Shown one piece after another: positions 50,601 through 61,310 of a stretch of 64,000 nt of DNA (its first letter is position 1; each line of letters opens with the position of its first letter). Made by a program: the position numbers and the translations under genes. This DNA comes from Botryllus schlosseri. Lineage: Eukaryota. The notes under the pieces are model-generated. The model had not been told where the DNA came from and searched no databases. It was given only the letters and a program-made list of their open reading frames with translations. The stretch is from positions 2,048,001-2,112,000 of the forward strand of contig CM119378.1 of NCBI GenBank assembly GCA_051294905.1, in the 5' to 3' direction.

Positions 50601-53600
50601 TTGCTTGCGCTACAAAGATAACATACAGGTGACATATGCGCGATATCCAACTGATAGGAATATTCACTAGAATTGGTCAACCAATAAATTTTCATCTTTT
50701 CCAAATTATATTAGAGTTGAAATTATGGCTACACGATTTTTTCCAAATTTAATGGTAATTAGAATTGCTGTAATCGCAAAAACTTTGAAATTGAATTCCA
50801 TTCCAAATTGGAAAGAAATATTGCAAAACTCAAGTCCAGTCCATATCAAAATTTGAATCGTTTTGGTATGGACCATTTAAAGAGAGAAGTGTTGGCGTTT
50901 ACTGAGTCTTATCTTGTGCAGGAGTCTCTGTCTGAGCTCGACCGGGAGATACAAAGACTCGCGTCGTTATCTACCGATGGTAACATGAAACCGCTCGACA
51001 GTCTTGAGACAGCGTTGCAGGCTCTTGACGAATTTCAGGTACTTTTTCAACATTGACTAAATACTGACAACATGAAATACACATACAAATTTTTATAGTA
51101 TCTATGGGAATTTTCCATTGATTTCTCTTTCTTCGCTGCGAATAAACATTCACAAAATCGACTAAATCAAAATCAAAATTATATCACGCCGTTGAAGTCC
51201 TGTTATCTTGGCACTTGGCATTATCTTCTTGATACCATTTTAAGTTTGTTTGTCTATACGCTAGTCTGCATTTTCTTATTACTCTAGTGTTGACGAGTGC
51301 TTGACACGCCCTTTCACTGAGTGCTCCAACGATTGCCTCTTATCTGGCACTTCAGTTTCTCGATAGAGCTATTCTATACTGCTCACAAGCAGGTTTATCT
51401 ATTTTTCCCACTGTGTTTGTTAACGGATGGAAGGCTTGCTAGGTCTTGATAGTCTGGGTTTCATGTCGTTGACAGTGTAGAAGTTATTATGTAGAATTTG
51501 TATATACGGTTGAAGTTGACTTTTGAAAGTTTTCGCATTGTGGGGATATCTGCAAAGGTATTTTAAATCGATTGATTTTCCATTTATGATATTATCACAT
51601 TTGTTCTTTGCGCTGACTTGATCGCAAGCGGTCAGCAACTTAGTAGTTTATTATAGGGTTATCTTGCAATTTTGAAAGTAGCAAACTCAGATTTACTGCT
51701 AAATGTACAATTGAATAGCGTATTGATATTGAAATGAACCCGAATATTTTCGGCTGACACTCGTCAGGGGTAATCGTCAGCAACTAGTAGAGAATTGGAA
51801 AGATTGCACTGGTCTACAAATTTCAACTATTTTTCAGGTTTGGGTTTTGAGAACTGATTTTGGCTAATTCTGGGGCGCTGAATCCGAAAATGGCCGCAGA
51901 TTCTCTCTATCGCATCACGTTTTTGAGATGTGAAATATCCCTAATTTAAAAAAAAAATTAATTTTTGAACCCCCTCTGCTAGATTATTGCAGGTAAAACA
52001 GTGTTTATTGCGTCAGAATTCCTTGTTTTGACAACAGAGGGGGGTCAAAAATTGATTTTTTTTAAAATTAGGGATATTTCATACCGTATCTCAAAAACGT
52101 GATGTGGCGAAGAAAATCTGAGGTCATTTTTGGATTCAGCACCCCAAAATTTGCCGAAATCAGTTGTCAAAACCCAAACCTGAAATTTTGTGTAGACCAG
52201 TGTTGAATATCAACAGTCCTGTGTTCTTTCCAATTCTCTACTAGTAGCTGACGATTACACCTGACGAGTGTCAGCCGAAAATATCCGGATTTATTTCAAA
52301 ATCAATATGTTATCCGATTAAATTGTAGGTAGTTACCGACGTTTCCTAAAAGTGTCCCTCTCGCGATTTACAGGAAGACATGAGCGCGTTGGACGCGTTG
52401 TCTACGCGTGTCACGGACGAAATCAGCCTCGGCGAGGAGCTGCATTCTGACGAACAGTGCCCGGCCTTTCTGTACACGGAGGTGTCGGAACTCAAGAAAA
52501 AATGGGAGGACCTTCAAGACGCTGCGGCAAAAAAGGAAAAAGAACTTACGGTATGTGGTTATCACACTAACTGAATGTTATCATGTATCTTATGTGTTGT
52601 GTTTATATCATTCTGAGTGCCGATTACTTTATAAAGCAGTTATTGATAAAAAATTTTGAAAATTCTTATTTTTTCAAAAGATTGAAAAAAAATAGGGTGT
52701 CCACTGATTTTTCAAAATTTTCATATGGGATCCCGGTGTAAAAAACGTCGGGACCCCCACTATCGCCTAGTCTGACCTTCACTACCATATGTTCAATGTG
52801 TCCGTTCAATTCAAGTGTCATAATTGTCATATGGCACTTGAAATGCCTTGCTCTTCTTCAAGCACTAAACTAAATATCATCGGCACAGCGAAAATGGCAC
52901 AGCTACAACATTCCTATTTATATTCCCTACTCAAGTGTCTGTTCATGTTCATGCCGTCACTTCATATCTTTTCGCTAGTCAATCCATAAGTGCATATATT
53001 CGTTAAGGAAGGTTAGTGCGTTACAACTAATAAAAGGAGATATTCTGTTATTTAGACTTATAATAATTGTTGTTTGTGTCTATTAATTGGATTTTAAAGA
53101 TTGATTATGTAGTCAGTTTTGGATCGAACAGCAAATTTGCTTTTCTTGGCCACTTGATTACGTAGATTTCAATGATAAAATTGAGCAAGACATGATCATT
53201 GAAAGGTTTTTTTTTATTGTGGTCCGATTGTAAATACCCAATTCATGACGTAGTGCTTGAGGCTGCTTCCAAAGCTACCTTCATAGCAGATTCAGTTAAT
53301 AGTATCAAGGTCCAACGCTATTTGAATGAGATCATTATCAGCACAGAAAAGTATTGACGGCTGCATGAAATTGTGAAATATTGTTCGATTTTATGCCGGT
53401 TTGACGTCATATTCGGGACTGCAACTGTAGATATACGAAGTTCTTTTGGAGTCTCTACTAGTTGATGACGATTACCCCTGACGCGTGTCAGCCGAAAATA
53501 TTCGGGTTCATTTCAATAGGAATATACTATCCCATTGTATAATGAAGTTATGTATCTGCAAAACTCTCTTCAACGGGAACCACCAGGCTTGCACAACTAG

Positions 53601-56600
53601 AGAATTTTCACCTTTTTCAAATTGGATTAGAATCAGAATTATAGCTACACAGTTATTTTTGCCAAATTACACTAGAGTTAAGGTTATAGCTACGCAGTTT
53701 CTTTTTTCAAATTACACTAGAATTAGAATTGTAGCTACACGTTGTTGTTTTTTCAAATTACATTAGAATTATAGATGTACAGTTGTTTTTCCAAATTACA
53801 CTAGAATTAGAATTATAGCTACACGTTTTTTTTTCAAATTACACTAGAATTAGAATTATAACTGAACAATTTTTTTCCAAATTAAAGTAGAATTAGGATT
53901 ATAGCTACGCAGTTTCTTTTTTCAAATTACACTAGAATTAGAATTATACCTGTACGGGTTTTTTCCAAATTACACTAGAATTAGAATTATAACTGAACAA
54001 TTTTTTTCCAAATTAAACTAGAATTAGGATTATAACTGAACAATTTTTTTCCAAATTAAACTAGAATTAGGATTATAGCTACGCAGTTTCTTTTTTCAAA
54101 TTACACTAGAATTAGAATTATAGCTAGTTATTTTTTTCAGATTACTCTAGAATTAGAATTATAGCTACACAGTTTTTTTCAAATTACACTAGAATTAGAA
54201 TTATACCTGTACGGGTTTTTTCCAAATTACACTAGAATTAGAATTATAGCTAGTTATTTTTTTCAGATTACTCTAGAATTAGATTTATAGCTACACAATT
54301 TGTTTCCAAATTAAACTAGAATTAGAATTATAGCTACACAGCTTTTTTCCAAATCACATTAGAATTAGAATTACTGAATTCACGAAAACTTGCCAATTGA
54401 ATCAATTTCACTTCATATCAAATCACAGCGCATCGTCGTGAGCGCAAAAATAGCGGGTGTCTGAACAGCAAGATTGGCCCCGTTTCAAACTATAGAGTTT
54501 GCTGTAGAATTTTCTGGAAGACCAGAAATTAGATAACAATTAGATTAACGACATTTTGTTATCATCATTCTAATTGTACAATTATCTAGTTTTGCTAGTC
54601 TGCCATGAATGTCGTTTTGAAAGTTATATTTACAAGCAATTGCTATCGCTACCGAGCTCATAACTGGTCCCCCTCTTCGTAGGAAACCGTCCAACTGTGG
54701 CAAGAACACGAAAACATCTTGAACCAAATCAAAAACTTCCTGGAACAAACCGGCCCGGCGCTGGAATCCAAACTCCGTCTCAGCAACATGAAAGGCATCG
54801 ACCACGAACTGGAGGCCAAGCGAAGGCTCAAAGATCAAGTGAACCACGCCGCCATGGGAATGGAACTGGCCCTGGCCAACATTGAAAAGTTGGAAGGCAG
54901 GACTAGCCAGACGGGAATGGGAAAATTGAAAGAGGAACATGAATGCATCAATGGAAAGCTTCTAGAGGTGATCCTGACATGCTAATGCGGTGATTCTTAA
55001 TCTTATTAGCCAGGACACTTAATGTTTTTATAATTTTTCCAATATATCCATTGTTAATAGCTACGCTTCTACAGTAGGGGTTGTTAAAAATGACTTTTTT
55101 CTCAGATCGTACTGGCTACTTGATAAAATTGTTAGGTTACCAAATTTAAGCCTACACACCAAATTTGGTTCAATTCCAGACAGTAACCGCTTTGCTACAG
55201 GAGAAGGAAGTTTCTATTTATTCCATAAAAATTATTGAAAAAAAAATTCGAAATTTTCTATTCACCCCATGAATGTGTTAGGTTGTTTATAGAAACGACG
55301 TTTACCAAATTTGACTCAATTCCAACCAGTGGAAGTGGAATTATTGCAGTCGAAAAATTTGGATTTGAATAAAATAGTATTTACGGTGGGCACACTTGTA
55401 ATAAATAATTAAAGAGTTGGCCACCGTAAATACTATTTTATTGAAAATCCAAATTTTTCGACGGCAATAACTCCACTTCTACTGGTTGAAATTGAACCAA
55501 ATTTGAAGGACATCGTTTCTGTATACAACCTAACACTTTCATAGGTTTAACAGAGAATTTTTAAATTTTCCTAAATTTATTTTAATATAATAAATAGAAA
55601 CTTTCTTCTCCTCTAGCAACGCGGCTACTGGCTAGAATTGAACCAAATTTGTTGTGTAGGCTTAAATTAGGTAACCTAACAATTTTATCAAATAGCCAGT
55701 GCAATTTAAGAGAAATTAGTCATTTTTGAGCACCCCTATGTACAGGTTGGAATTGAGCCAAATCAGATGTGCAGTTTTTTTGGCCAAACTAACAATTCGA
55801 GCAGCTACCCGGTAAAATTTGAAAACAAAGTATTTTTAGCAACTCTAGTGGACGCCTATTGTGCCAAAGTGCGGATGATTTTTTGAACTACGCAATCATA
55901 TTCGTATTCTGAGTTGTCAAACTGCTAAATTTCGCCATATTTTTACCATATGCTCTAAAAACCACATGGTGACTAGGGCTAGTTTTTGTTGCAGTCAAAT
56001 CCGTGGAAAGCTGCATTTATCTTTCACAAAGTTGCAGTAAATAGTTGCATTTATGGACAAGTTCCTTGAAATTATTTGGATATGAGATATCCAAGGCAAT
56101 GTAGCAAAACTCAGTGTTGGCGATTTCAACAAAATCAATAGCTGAAAAAATTGACCGAGTGAAAATATACTTTTTCGGCGGCCCAGCCTGAATGTACGTC
56201 GCATAAGAAAGGACCTCAAATTTAAACGACAGTGAAATAATCAATCGATCTATTTACATACCGGTATAGTGCCAAATATTTCCAGTAAAAAGTTAGTCGC
56301 ATGAAAAATAGAAAAAAAACTTGCAAAAAGTTGCATGAAAAATCGAAAAAAAGTTGCAAAATGTTGCATGGAAAAAAATGGAGAAAAGTTGCAATATAAG
56401 AATCCTCCAAACAGCTTAAAACACCATACTACATAACTTCCGAGTATTTAGGGAGCTGTAAAAAGAAGCTGCAAAAGTGGCAAAAACTTGCCCTAATGAG
56501 GACACTTTGGCCCAGCAACAAATCTTATGAATAAAGACAATGTGGTTAGTTTTAAAAACTCGACTCAAGTCTAATACTCGGATAAGCAATGTAACAACAA

Positions 56601-59600
56601 ATTTACAGGTGAAGTCTGCTCTCGACGCGAGCATTGCCCAAGTACAAGGCATCAAGCAGGACTGGATCAGTTGCGACGCTGAGATGGACCAGATATCGGA
56701 CTGGACAAAAACTATGCAAGCCAAGGTAACCAGTGCTATTTCAGGGGCACATTCAGCAAATTTGTTCATCAAAGTTCATGTTTGTATCGTGGCAATTTCA
56801 ATTCAGGTCGGCGAAGTGGAGCGTTCTCAGGACACGCCTGATGATCAGTTCTCCAAAGCTCAAGAGCTTTTGGGAGAGATCCAGGCTGAATCTCACAGAC
56901 TCTCTCAGTTAGAGGAACGTCTTGGCAACATAGAAGGATTGGAATCACCCACCACGCTACATGCCAAGCTGGCCAACGTTCGGAATCAGCGAGAACAGGT
57001 ATTTTTTTGATTTCATTCCAACTTGTATTAGTGACTGGCCGAGTACAAAATTTTGGATTTGGAAAAAATAGTATTTACGGTGGCGAGTTCTTTCATTATT
57101 CATTGTAGATCTAACCACCGTACATACTATGATTTAGAATCCTTAATTTTAAACATCAATAACTCGGCTTTTACGGATAGGAATGGAGCCAAATTTGGTG
57201 CGCATCGTTTTTCAGACAACTGACAATTTCATAGTGTAGTCAGTAAAGTAACATTTGAAAAAAAAAATTATTTATTTTTATTACATAAATCTACTACAAT
57301 AACTTCGGTTCCACGGGTTGAAATTGCGCCAAAATTGGTGTGCTGCGTTTTTTTAGGTAAACTAACAATTTTATCAAGTAGCCAGTAAAATTCGAAAAAT
57401 GGTATTTTTGAACAGCCCTACTGGCCGCGCTAATCTTGAATGTTGTTATCAGGACTATGTTCATTGCAGTATGATTTATTTACGTGCACCCCTTATCTCT
57501 CATCTCTCACAACTCGACTCAAATCATTAGGATTAATACTCGAGTCAGATTGGAGTACTCAAATCATTGTGCTCAGCCTTAGTGTCTCATGATCACGGTG
57601 TCCCGACGCCCGTGTTTTCAGGTTTTGAGTCGGGCGCAGACTCTCGTGACGTCGCTAGGAGAGAATTTGAGTCACCAAGACAAATTCGACTCTACCGCTC
57701 AGCAAGTGGAGGAGAGCCTTCGGCTCGCGGAAAGAGAGCTGGAAAAAGAGATCGAGCCCTGCATCTCGTCAGACGACGCACAGGACAGGAAGGACGAATT
57801 ACTGGTTAGTTTCGAGGCGAGGTTCAAACTTTGAATTGGCCGTGATCCAGGGTTGTAACCAAGTCACAAGCTTCCGAGTCACAAGTCAATCTCACTTTAT
57901 AGTTTTGACTCGAGTCAAGACGAGTCATTTTCAATTCACCATCGAGTCAAGTCCGAGTCATTGTGTTCAGTTTTGATTCCAATCCAGTTCAACCCACGTT
58001 TTTCTACTCTGCTCGAGTGATATAGAATGGCTCGCATTCATAATATCGTAATTTTTCTCAGTCCTAACAGTTTCAGGCCCTATTTTCCAAGTATCAGAAC
58101 TGATAGACGAAATACCAATCATCTGGTGTCTTTACTATTCTTCGAAGTTACGATGAAATTTATGTCTTGGCCGTCCTGGTCTCGAGGCATAAGACTTGGT
58201 TCTACTATACACAAATTGACTTGACCCATTACAACCGTGGTGTGATCGGTCCTTATTCCCACATTCTTACAGCAAGGGTTCCTAAACCTTTTGTAGCGCG
58301 AACCCCCAAGCGGGAAATTTTTCAGCACTAATAGGAAATGTAGCTACTGTTTTTTTGAAAATAGGCTAGAATTAGAATTGTAGTTACAAAATTAGTTCCA
58401 AGTCAGATTAAAATTAGTATTACTGAATTCACTAAAACTTTGAAATTGAATTTGGTTCACTCCGGATCTAATCCTAGTTCTTTTCATAAGCATGAGATTG
58501 GCAAATGTCTGTACACAAAGAGTGGCTAGTTTCGCACTATGCAATTATCCTGTATCACTTTCAGTACTAGCAATTAGATGATAATTACAATTAGAGCATA
58601 AGAAATTTCAAAAATTAGATTTGAATTACATTACCGGAACTGGGCTTTAATTAGTCTGATTTGACCTGAAATTATCTAGTTGTTCAGGTCTGGTACCAGT
58701 AGAGGACATTGTATGCTGAATCTTTTGCTGCAATTCTCAATATTCTTATATATCATGAAAAAGTACCCATCCAGCAAACGAAACGTTCTGGAAAACGGCC
58801 GTGTCGTTCAGAATCTGTCTCGGCATGAAACTGAATAATCATTATGCTTTATGATTGCTCTCGCAAATTTCTGAATTCCAAATCTGCCGATTGCTATCGA
58901 AAAACCAAATTTTTTGAGTTAGGAACAAGTATCTGATTTGCCGTGAATCCAGGATTAATTGCTCTGTTTTAGCAAATTCCCTGCTTTTTTGACTGACCTT
59001 TCACGTACCACAGTTTGAGAACCATTCATTGTCTCAAAGAATTGAAAATTGTATTCAGAAATTCAGTCACAGTCTGGAACAAGTCAAACTCGGGCTGACG
59101 ACTCTACAGTCGGAAGCAAAACTTCTGAAAGACCCGTCCAAGGCTCACGCTAAGAAACAGACTCTTCAGCACAAGTAAGGACGCATTCACGTTATAATTT
59201 GCTCTCTGATGTGTTACATCCGTTTCTAATGTCCTTAATGTGTTTCTCATTTATTCATTCATCTCTGCCTTCTTTTCCAGGTACACGGACGTTATGAACA
59301 GGATCAGGAGCAGAAGCCACAATTTTGACGAAGCAGTGTCAAAGTGGCAGCAGTTCGAGAAGAAATTATATGCAGTCAAGCAGTTTATTGATAGGTAAAA
59401 CGCGACCGGAGTGCTTGCATTTGTGGAGTTATTTTCCTTCTCGAAAATCGTGAAAAAGTGGCAAGTCAAGTGTCACAAATTGACATTTTCCTTTTTGTCA
59501 CACGATTCAAAAGGGATATGGGACGTTATATATTTTTGTTCTTGATGTTTTGCGGCATATACACTGACTTTTGATATATATACACACAATCTATGCATTT

Positions 59601-61013
59601 GCATACCATGAGTGCATGATGTGCGTATGCTAATAGACAAGGAATGTACAGATGGCTTGTAAGACTTTCTAAGCCTTGGAAATTATGATGTATGGGAATC
59701 TGACCATGATTACCAATCAGGACAAATCAATATTGACTCCCAATACAAGTCTGTCTTATTAAAATTCTATTATTTTTGTCGCCATAAATCTTTGTCGTCT
59801 GAATTTGCTTTCGATATGATTTTTCATCACAATTTGGGTTAGCTATGCCAACGATTTAAGCATTGTCCCTCCCACACTTAACATCACTTATGAGCCTCCC
59901 CCCTCCCATCAATATATTTTGATTTGCAGGTGCGAGTGTGTCGTAGCTGCCGACAACAGCGCCTTGCCCGGCGACCCGCAAAAACTCAAGCTGGAACTGC
60001 AAACCGCTGACAAGTTATGGAACGAAGTACCCATTAATAAAGTAAATATATATATTTCTATTTCTACTAAGCATTAGCCTGTCGAAAATCTCCATCTTTT
60101 TGTGACATCTGGCCGCGGAATTGCTTGGAAAATAACGTTGTAACTTTTGTGTGCTGTGTTCGACTTCAATTCCTTTTGTTCAGAATGCGTTGCGAGATGC
60201 CCGCGAATTTGTGGACGAAATCGATAAAGTCTCGCCGGTAGATACGGAGACGGTTTTGCATGAAATCAATCAAATGGTGAGAAAGTTGGTGTGTCGAATG
60301 TTTGTGGATAGATACCGCCAGCGGACTTATACCAGGGATGTTTCTTAATAATAGGCAGCAAATTTTGGTAGAAGAGAATACCTCATATCAATATTAGCAC
60401 CCTGTAGTTTGGTTGGAGAGCTCCTTGGATGTACAGAACATCAATATACAATTGAATAATATATTCGGCTGACACTCGCCATGACATCCCAGGTGGTGCC
60501 AACAGAGGGATCTCATTGTAGTCTAAAAATAGTACATTGAGCCTAAGACAATGTGGTTGCCGCGATTATTCAAACATTTTATTCTCGTGACGTTGTATTT
60601 GGTGGTATGATTGTTGATGTTCTTTCCAATCCTCTACTAGTTGCTGACGATAACCCTGACGAGCATTAGCCAGAAATATTTGGGTTTATTTCAATACGAA
60701 TATACTATTCAATTGTATATCTCTATCAGTTTTGTTGTATGTAACTGGTCATCAATGATAATAGCATGGAATGTGACGGAGATATGAAGGAAAACCATTG
60801 TGTTAATTTATGTTTCAGGATGCAACTTTGACTGGATTCCCGCAGCAAATTGCCGACCGCCAACGTATTGTCAGCGCGGCGCTAGCCTCTCATTTGCAGT
60901 ACAACCAGACTGTGGACGGATTTACATCCTGGCTGATGCGTTTTGAGAAAACGTTAAGATCGACCACAGATGTCTACCTTGAAGAAGTCCCTCTCGCTGT
61001 TGATGTCATTAAG
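20552..61013 (+). CDS. SYNE1: Nesprin-1 (SYNE1) orthologue, 5' portion: 37 coding exons, tandem CH actin-binding domains plus spectrin repeats; continues past the window end
   Basis: VQKRTFTRWMNSHL, DLFEDIKDG, IKLVNINAADVVDGKPSIVLGLLWSIILYFQ|IEQLTGNLP..SSLDS..AKKALLQWV, DFGPSWRDG, LGIPRLLEPEDVDVDRPDEKSIMTYVAQF and WHRELDSRLPGQLGEVGAWL are collinear with my recall of the vertebrate nesprin-1 N-terminus. All introns are GT-AG, phases chain without stops, total 5388 nt. Confidence 0.9.
21421..22698 (+). mobile_element. 5'-truncated, decayed LINE (CR1/L2-group reverse transcriptase) in nesprin intron 1
   Basis: NYRPISILPVFSKILEK, KQFGFR, YLDLQK, GVPQGSVLGPFLFLMYINDL, WMNNNRLTINTSKT, YLGI..DNNLTW..HI, LTYGIILWG. 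Several frameshifts and stops. Confidence 0.9.
22798..23416. mobile_element. Near-perfect 619-bp palindromic hAT MITE
   Basis: TAGGGCTGTTCAAAAATAAC / GTTATTTTTGAACAGCCCTA. Arms pair almost to the centre. Perfect 8-bp TSD ATGTGCAC. Confidence 0.92.
23843..24536. mobile_element. hAT/Charlie-like non-autonomous element
   Basis: CAGGGGCGACCAACC / GGCTGGCCACCTCTG. Flanks CTTTAGTA / TTTTAGTA. Related copy at about 16817-17340. Confidence 0.75.
25768..27187 (+). CDS. SYNE1: Nesprin exons 2-5 (CH1): 25768-25829, 26181-26276, 26683-26766, 27095-27187
   Basis: RHQSVQKRTFTRWMNSHLRK|WRPPMEITDLFEDIKDG..|VTETSRKSKR..LESKK|IKLVNINAAD..YFQ, with canonical splice sites. Confidence 0.93.
27878..28161 (+). 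mobile_element. hAT MITE family with GACTCGAGTC subterminal palindromes
   Basis: CGGGGTTGTAA / TTACAACCCTG. Flanks TTGATCAT / TGGATCAC. Other copies at about 33300-33570, 33997-34410, 46159-46655 (inverted), 48276-48680, 57848-58239. Confidence 0.8.
30053..30348. mobile_element. hAT/Charlie-like MITE
   Basis: Ends CCCCAGTTTAGAAACCCCTG. Flanks ATCTGGAT / ATCTAGAT. Confidence 0.65.
30397..34859 (+). CDS. SYNE1: Nesprin exons 6-9 (linker, CH2, start of rod): 30397-30569, 33652-33857, 34530-34633, 34704-34859
   Basis: IEQLTGNLP..KKALLQWVKK; VKDFGPSWRDGKAF..LGIPRLLEPE; DVDVDRPDEKSIMTYVAQF. Phases 2,1,0,0 are consistent. Confidence 0.92.
30790..31316. mobile_element. Palindromic hAT MITE (TAGGGG subfamily)
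   Basis: TAGGGGTCTTCAAAAATGAC / GTCATTTTTGAAGACCCCCA. TSD ATGCACAC. Relatives at 36950-37395, 45019-45536, 55075-55738, 57030-57420. Confidence 0.8.
34920..35910 (+). repeat. Minisatellite array (~35-40-bp unit ATTAGAATTAGAATTATAGCTACACAGTTTTTTCCAA) within a dispersed element
   Basis: More than 20 degenerate units, with near-identical ~62-bp higher-order copies at about 35265-35520. Confidence 0.85.
36171..38956 (+). CDS. SYNE1: Nesprin exons 10-14: 36171-36278, 36469-36624, 36806-36935, 37479-37639, 38810-38956
   Basis: KWHRELDSRLPGQLGEVGAWLHVAEEVL and KLEFLDAQ..AAESMLKPWSVKPG. GT-AG, phases consistent. Confidence 0.88.
38071..38588 (+). repeat. Dispersed repeat, second copy at about 55998-56496
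   Basis: Shared ATCCGTGGAAA..TGCATTTAT..GACCTCAAATTTAAACGACAGTGAAATAATC..AAAACACCATACTACATAACTTC. Confidence 0.75.
39384..41108. mobile_element. hAT element with (TATGG)n subterminal repeats, containing a nested Charlie-like MITE (40144-40735)
   Basis: CAGGGCATGGTA / TACCATGCCCTG. Flanks CTCTCAGT / CTCTCACT. Inner element CAGGGGCGGGCAAC / GTTACCCGTCTCTA with flanks TTATGAAG / TTATGGAC. Confidence 0.8.
41242..46151 (+). CDS. SYNE1: Nesprin exons 15-21: 41242-41394, 42384-42536, 43657-43821, 44594-44737, 44801-44974, 45772-45859, 45922-46151
   Basis: Spectrin-repeat helices with conserved Trp (WVQF..WLEQAE; DFFNDLP..LNECGKFLVDTC..LNGKW; WLETVE). GT-AG. Confidence 0.88.
41524..41690 (+). mobile_element. 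tRNA-derived SINE, diverged copy
   Basis: Homologous to 3061-3317 (GTAATGG..GCGTCCGGCTTC..GGTAGGTCGTGGGTT.GATCCC..CCGGGTCA.ACCAAAGAC). Confidence 0.75.
42638..43256. mobile_element. Near-perfect 619-bp palindromic hAT MITE, same family as 22798
   Basis: TAGGGCGGTTCAAAAATAAC / GTTATTTTTGAACCGCCCTA. Perfect TSD TTGGCAAT. Confidence 0.92.
45019..45536. mobile_element. Palindromic hAT MITE (TGGGGG/TAGGGG subfamily)
   Basis: TGGGGGTGTTGAAAA / TTTTTGAACACCCCCA. Homologous to the 30790 copy. No clean TSD. Confidence 0.75.
46159..46655 (-). mobile_element. GACTCGAGTC-family hAT MITE, inverted orientation
   Basis: TAGGGTTGTAA / TTGCAACCCTG. Flanks GGTAACTG / GGTGATTG. Confidence 0.8.
47191..52550 (+). 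CDS. SYNE1: Nesprin exons 22-28: 47191-47369, 47877-48000, 48704-48873, 49421-49556, 50386-50628, 50922-51038, 52374-52550
   Basis: Helical spectrin-like sequence (LPEKWEEF..VKDWVKEAE; ELKKKWEDL). GT-AG, phases 2,0,2,0,0,0,0. Confidence 0.85.
48276..48680 (+). mobile_element. GACTCGAGTC-family hAT MITE, right end truncated
   Basis: Starts CAGGGTTGTAA. Reverse-complement match to 46159-46655. Confidence 0.75.
51706..52328. mobile_element. TACAATTGAATA-ended palindromic MITE with a CACTGG-ended palindromic MITE (51807-52202, Chapaev/CMC-like) inserted in it
   Basis: Outer arms GAATATTTTCGGCTGACACTCGTCAGGGGTAATCGTCAGCAACTAGTAGAGAATTGGAAAGA and its inverse. Inner TIR CACTGGTCTACA / TGTAGACCAGTG with TTG on both flanks. 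Outer family also at about 28718-29100, 31610-31700, 45537-45667, 53450-53540, 60447-60718. Confidence 0.8.
53620..54390 (+). repeat. Second large array of the ~38-bp minisatellite
   Basis: About 20 units of CAAATTACACTAGAATTAGAATTATAGCTAC. Confidence 0.85.
54683..61013 (+). CDS. SYNE1: Nesprin exons 29-37: 54683-54967, 56609-56725, 56807-56998, 57622-57804, 59059-59174, 59281-59394, 59930-60041, 60184-60276, 60819-61013
   Basis: ETVQLWQEHE; QDWISC..ISDWTK; AVSKWQQFE; YNQTVDGFTSWLMRFE. GT-AG, phases consistent. Confidence 0.85.
55075..55738. mobile_element. Full-length palindromic hAT MITE (TAGGGG subfamily), older copy
   Basis: TAGGGGTTGTTAAAAATGAC / GTCATTTTTGAGCACCCCTA. Arms pair through the centre with more mismatches. 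Confidence 0.8.
57848..58239 (+). mobile_element. GACTCGAGTC-family hAT MITE
   Basis: CAGGGTTGTAA / TTACAACCGTG. Flanks CCGTGATC / GTGTGATC. Confidence 0.7.
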
Positions 61014-61035
61014 GTTTGTATCAGTTGCATAAAGT

Positions 61036-61310
61036 GGGTAAGTTGAATGCACTGGTCGCGTAAATATAATCGTTTGTGTGACTTCTGGTAAGTGGAGTTG
61101 CAGGATTTACTAAATTGTGAATTGATTGCACTGGGCGCATGCGGGTAGGTCATGCATATGTTCTCGACAGGTATGTATGTATTGGTGTAAATATTTGTGG
61201 TTTCTCATGAAAATTGATCTCATGCTGGTAAGTCATGGTTTAAGTTCTTTTTAAGTTGTATTTATTATCGCATGGTGGTAAGTCATGCGTATTTTTGTAA
61301 CGGGTAAGTT
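61036..61310 (+). other. Cluster of consensus 5' splice-site motifs at the start of nesprin intron 37
   Basis: G|GTAAGT at 61038, 61088, 61228, 61278, 61304; G|GTAGGT at 61145; CAG|GTATGT at 61171. Confidence 0.7.
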
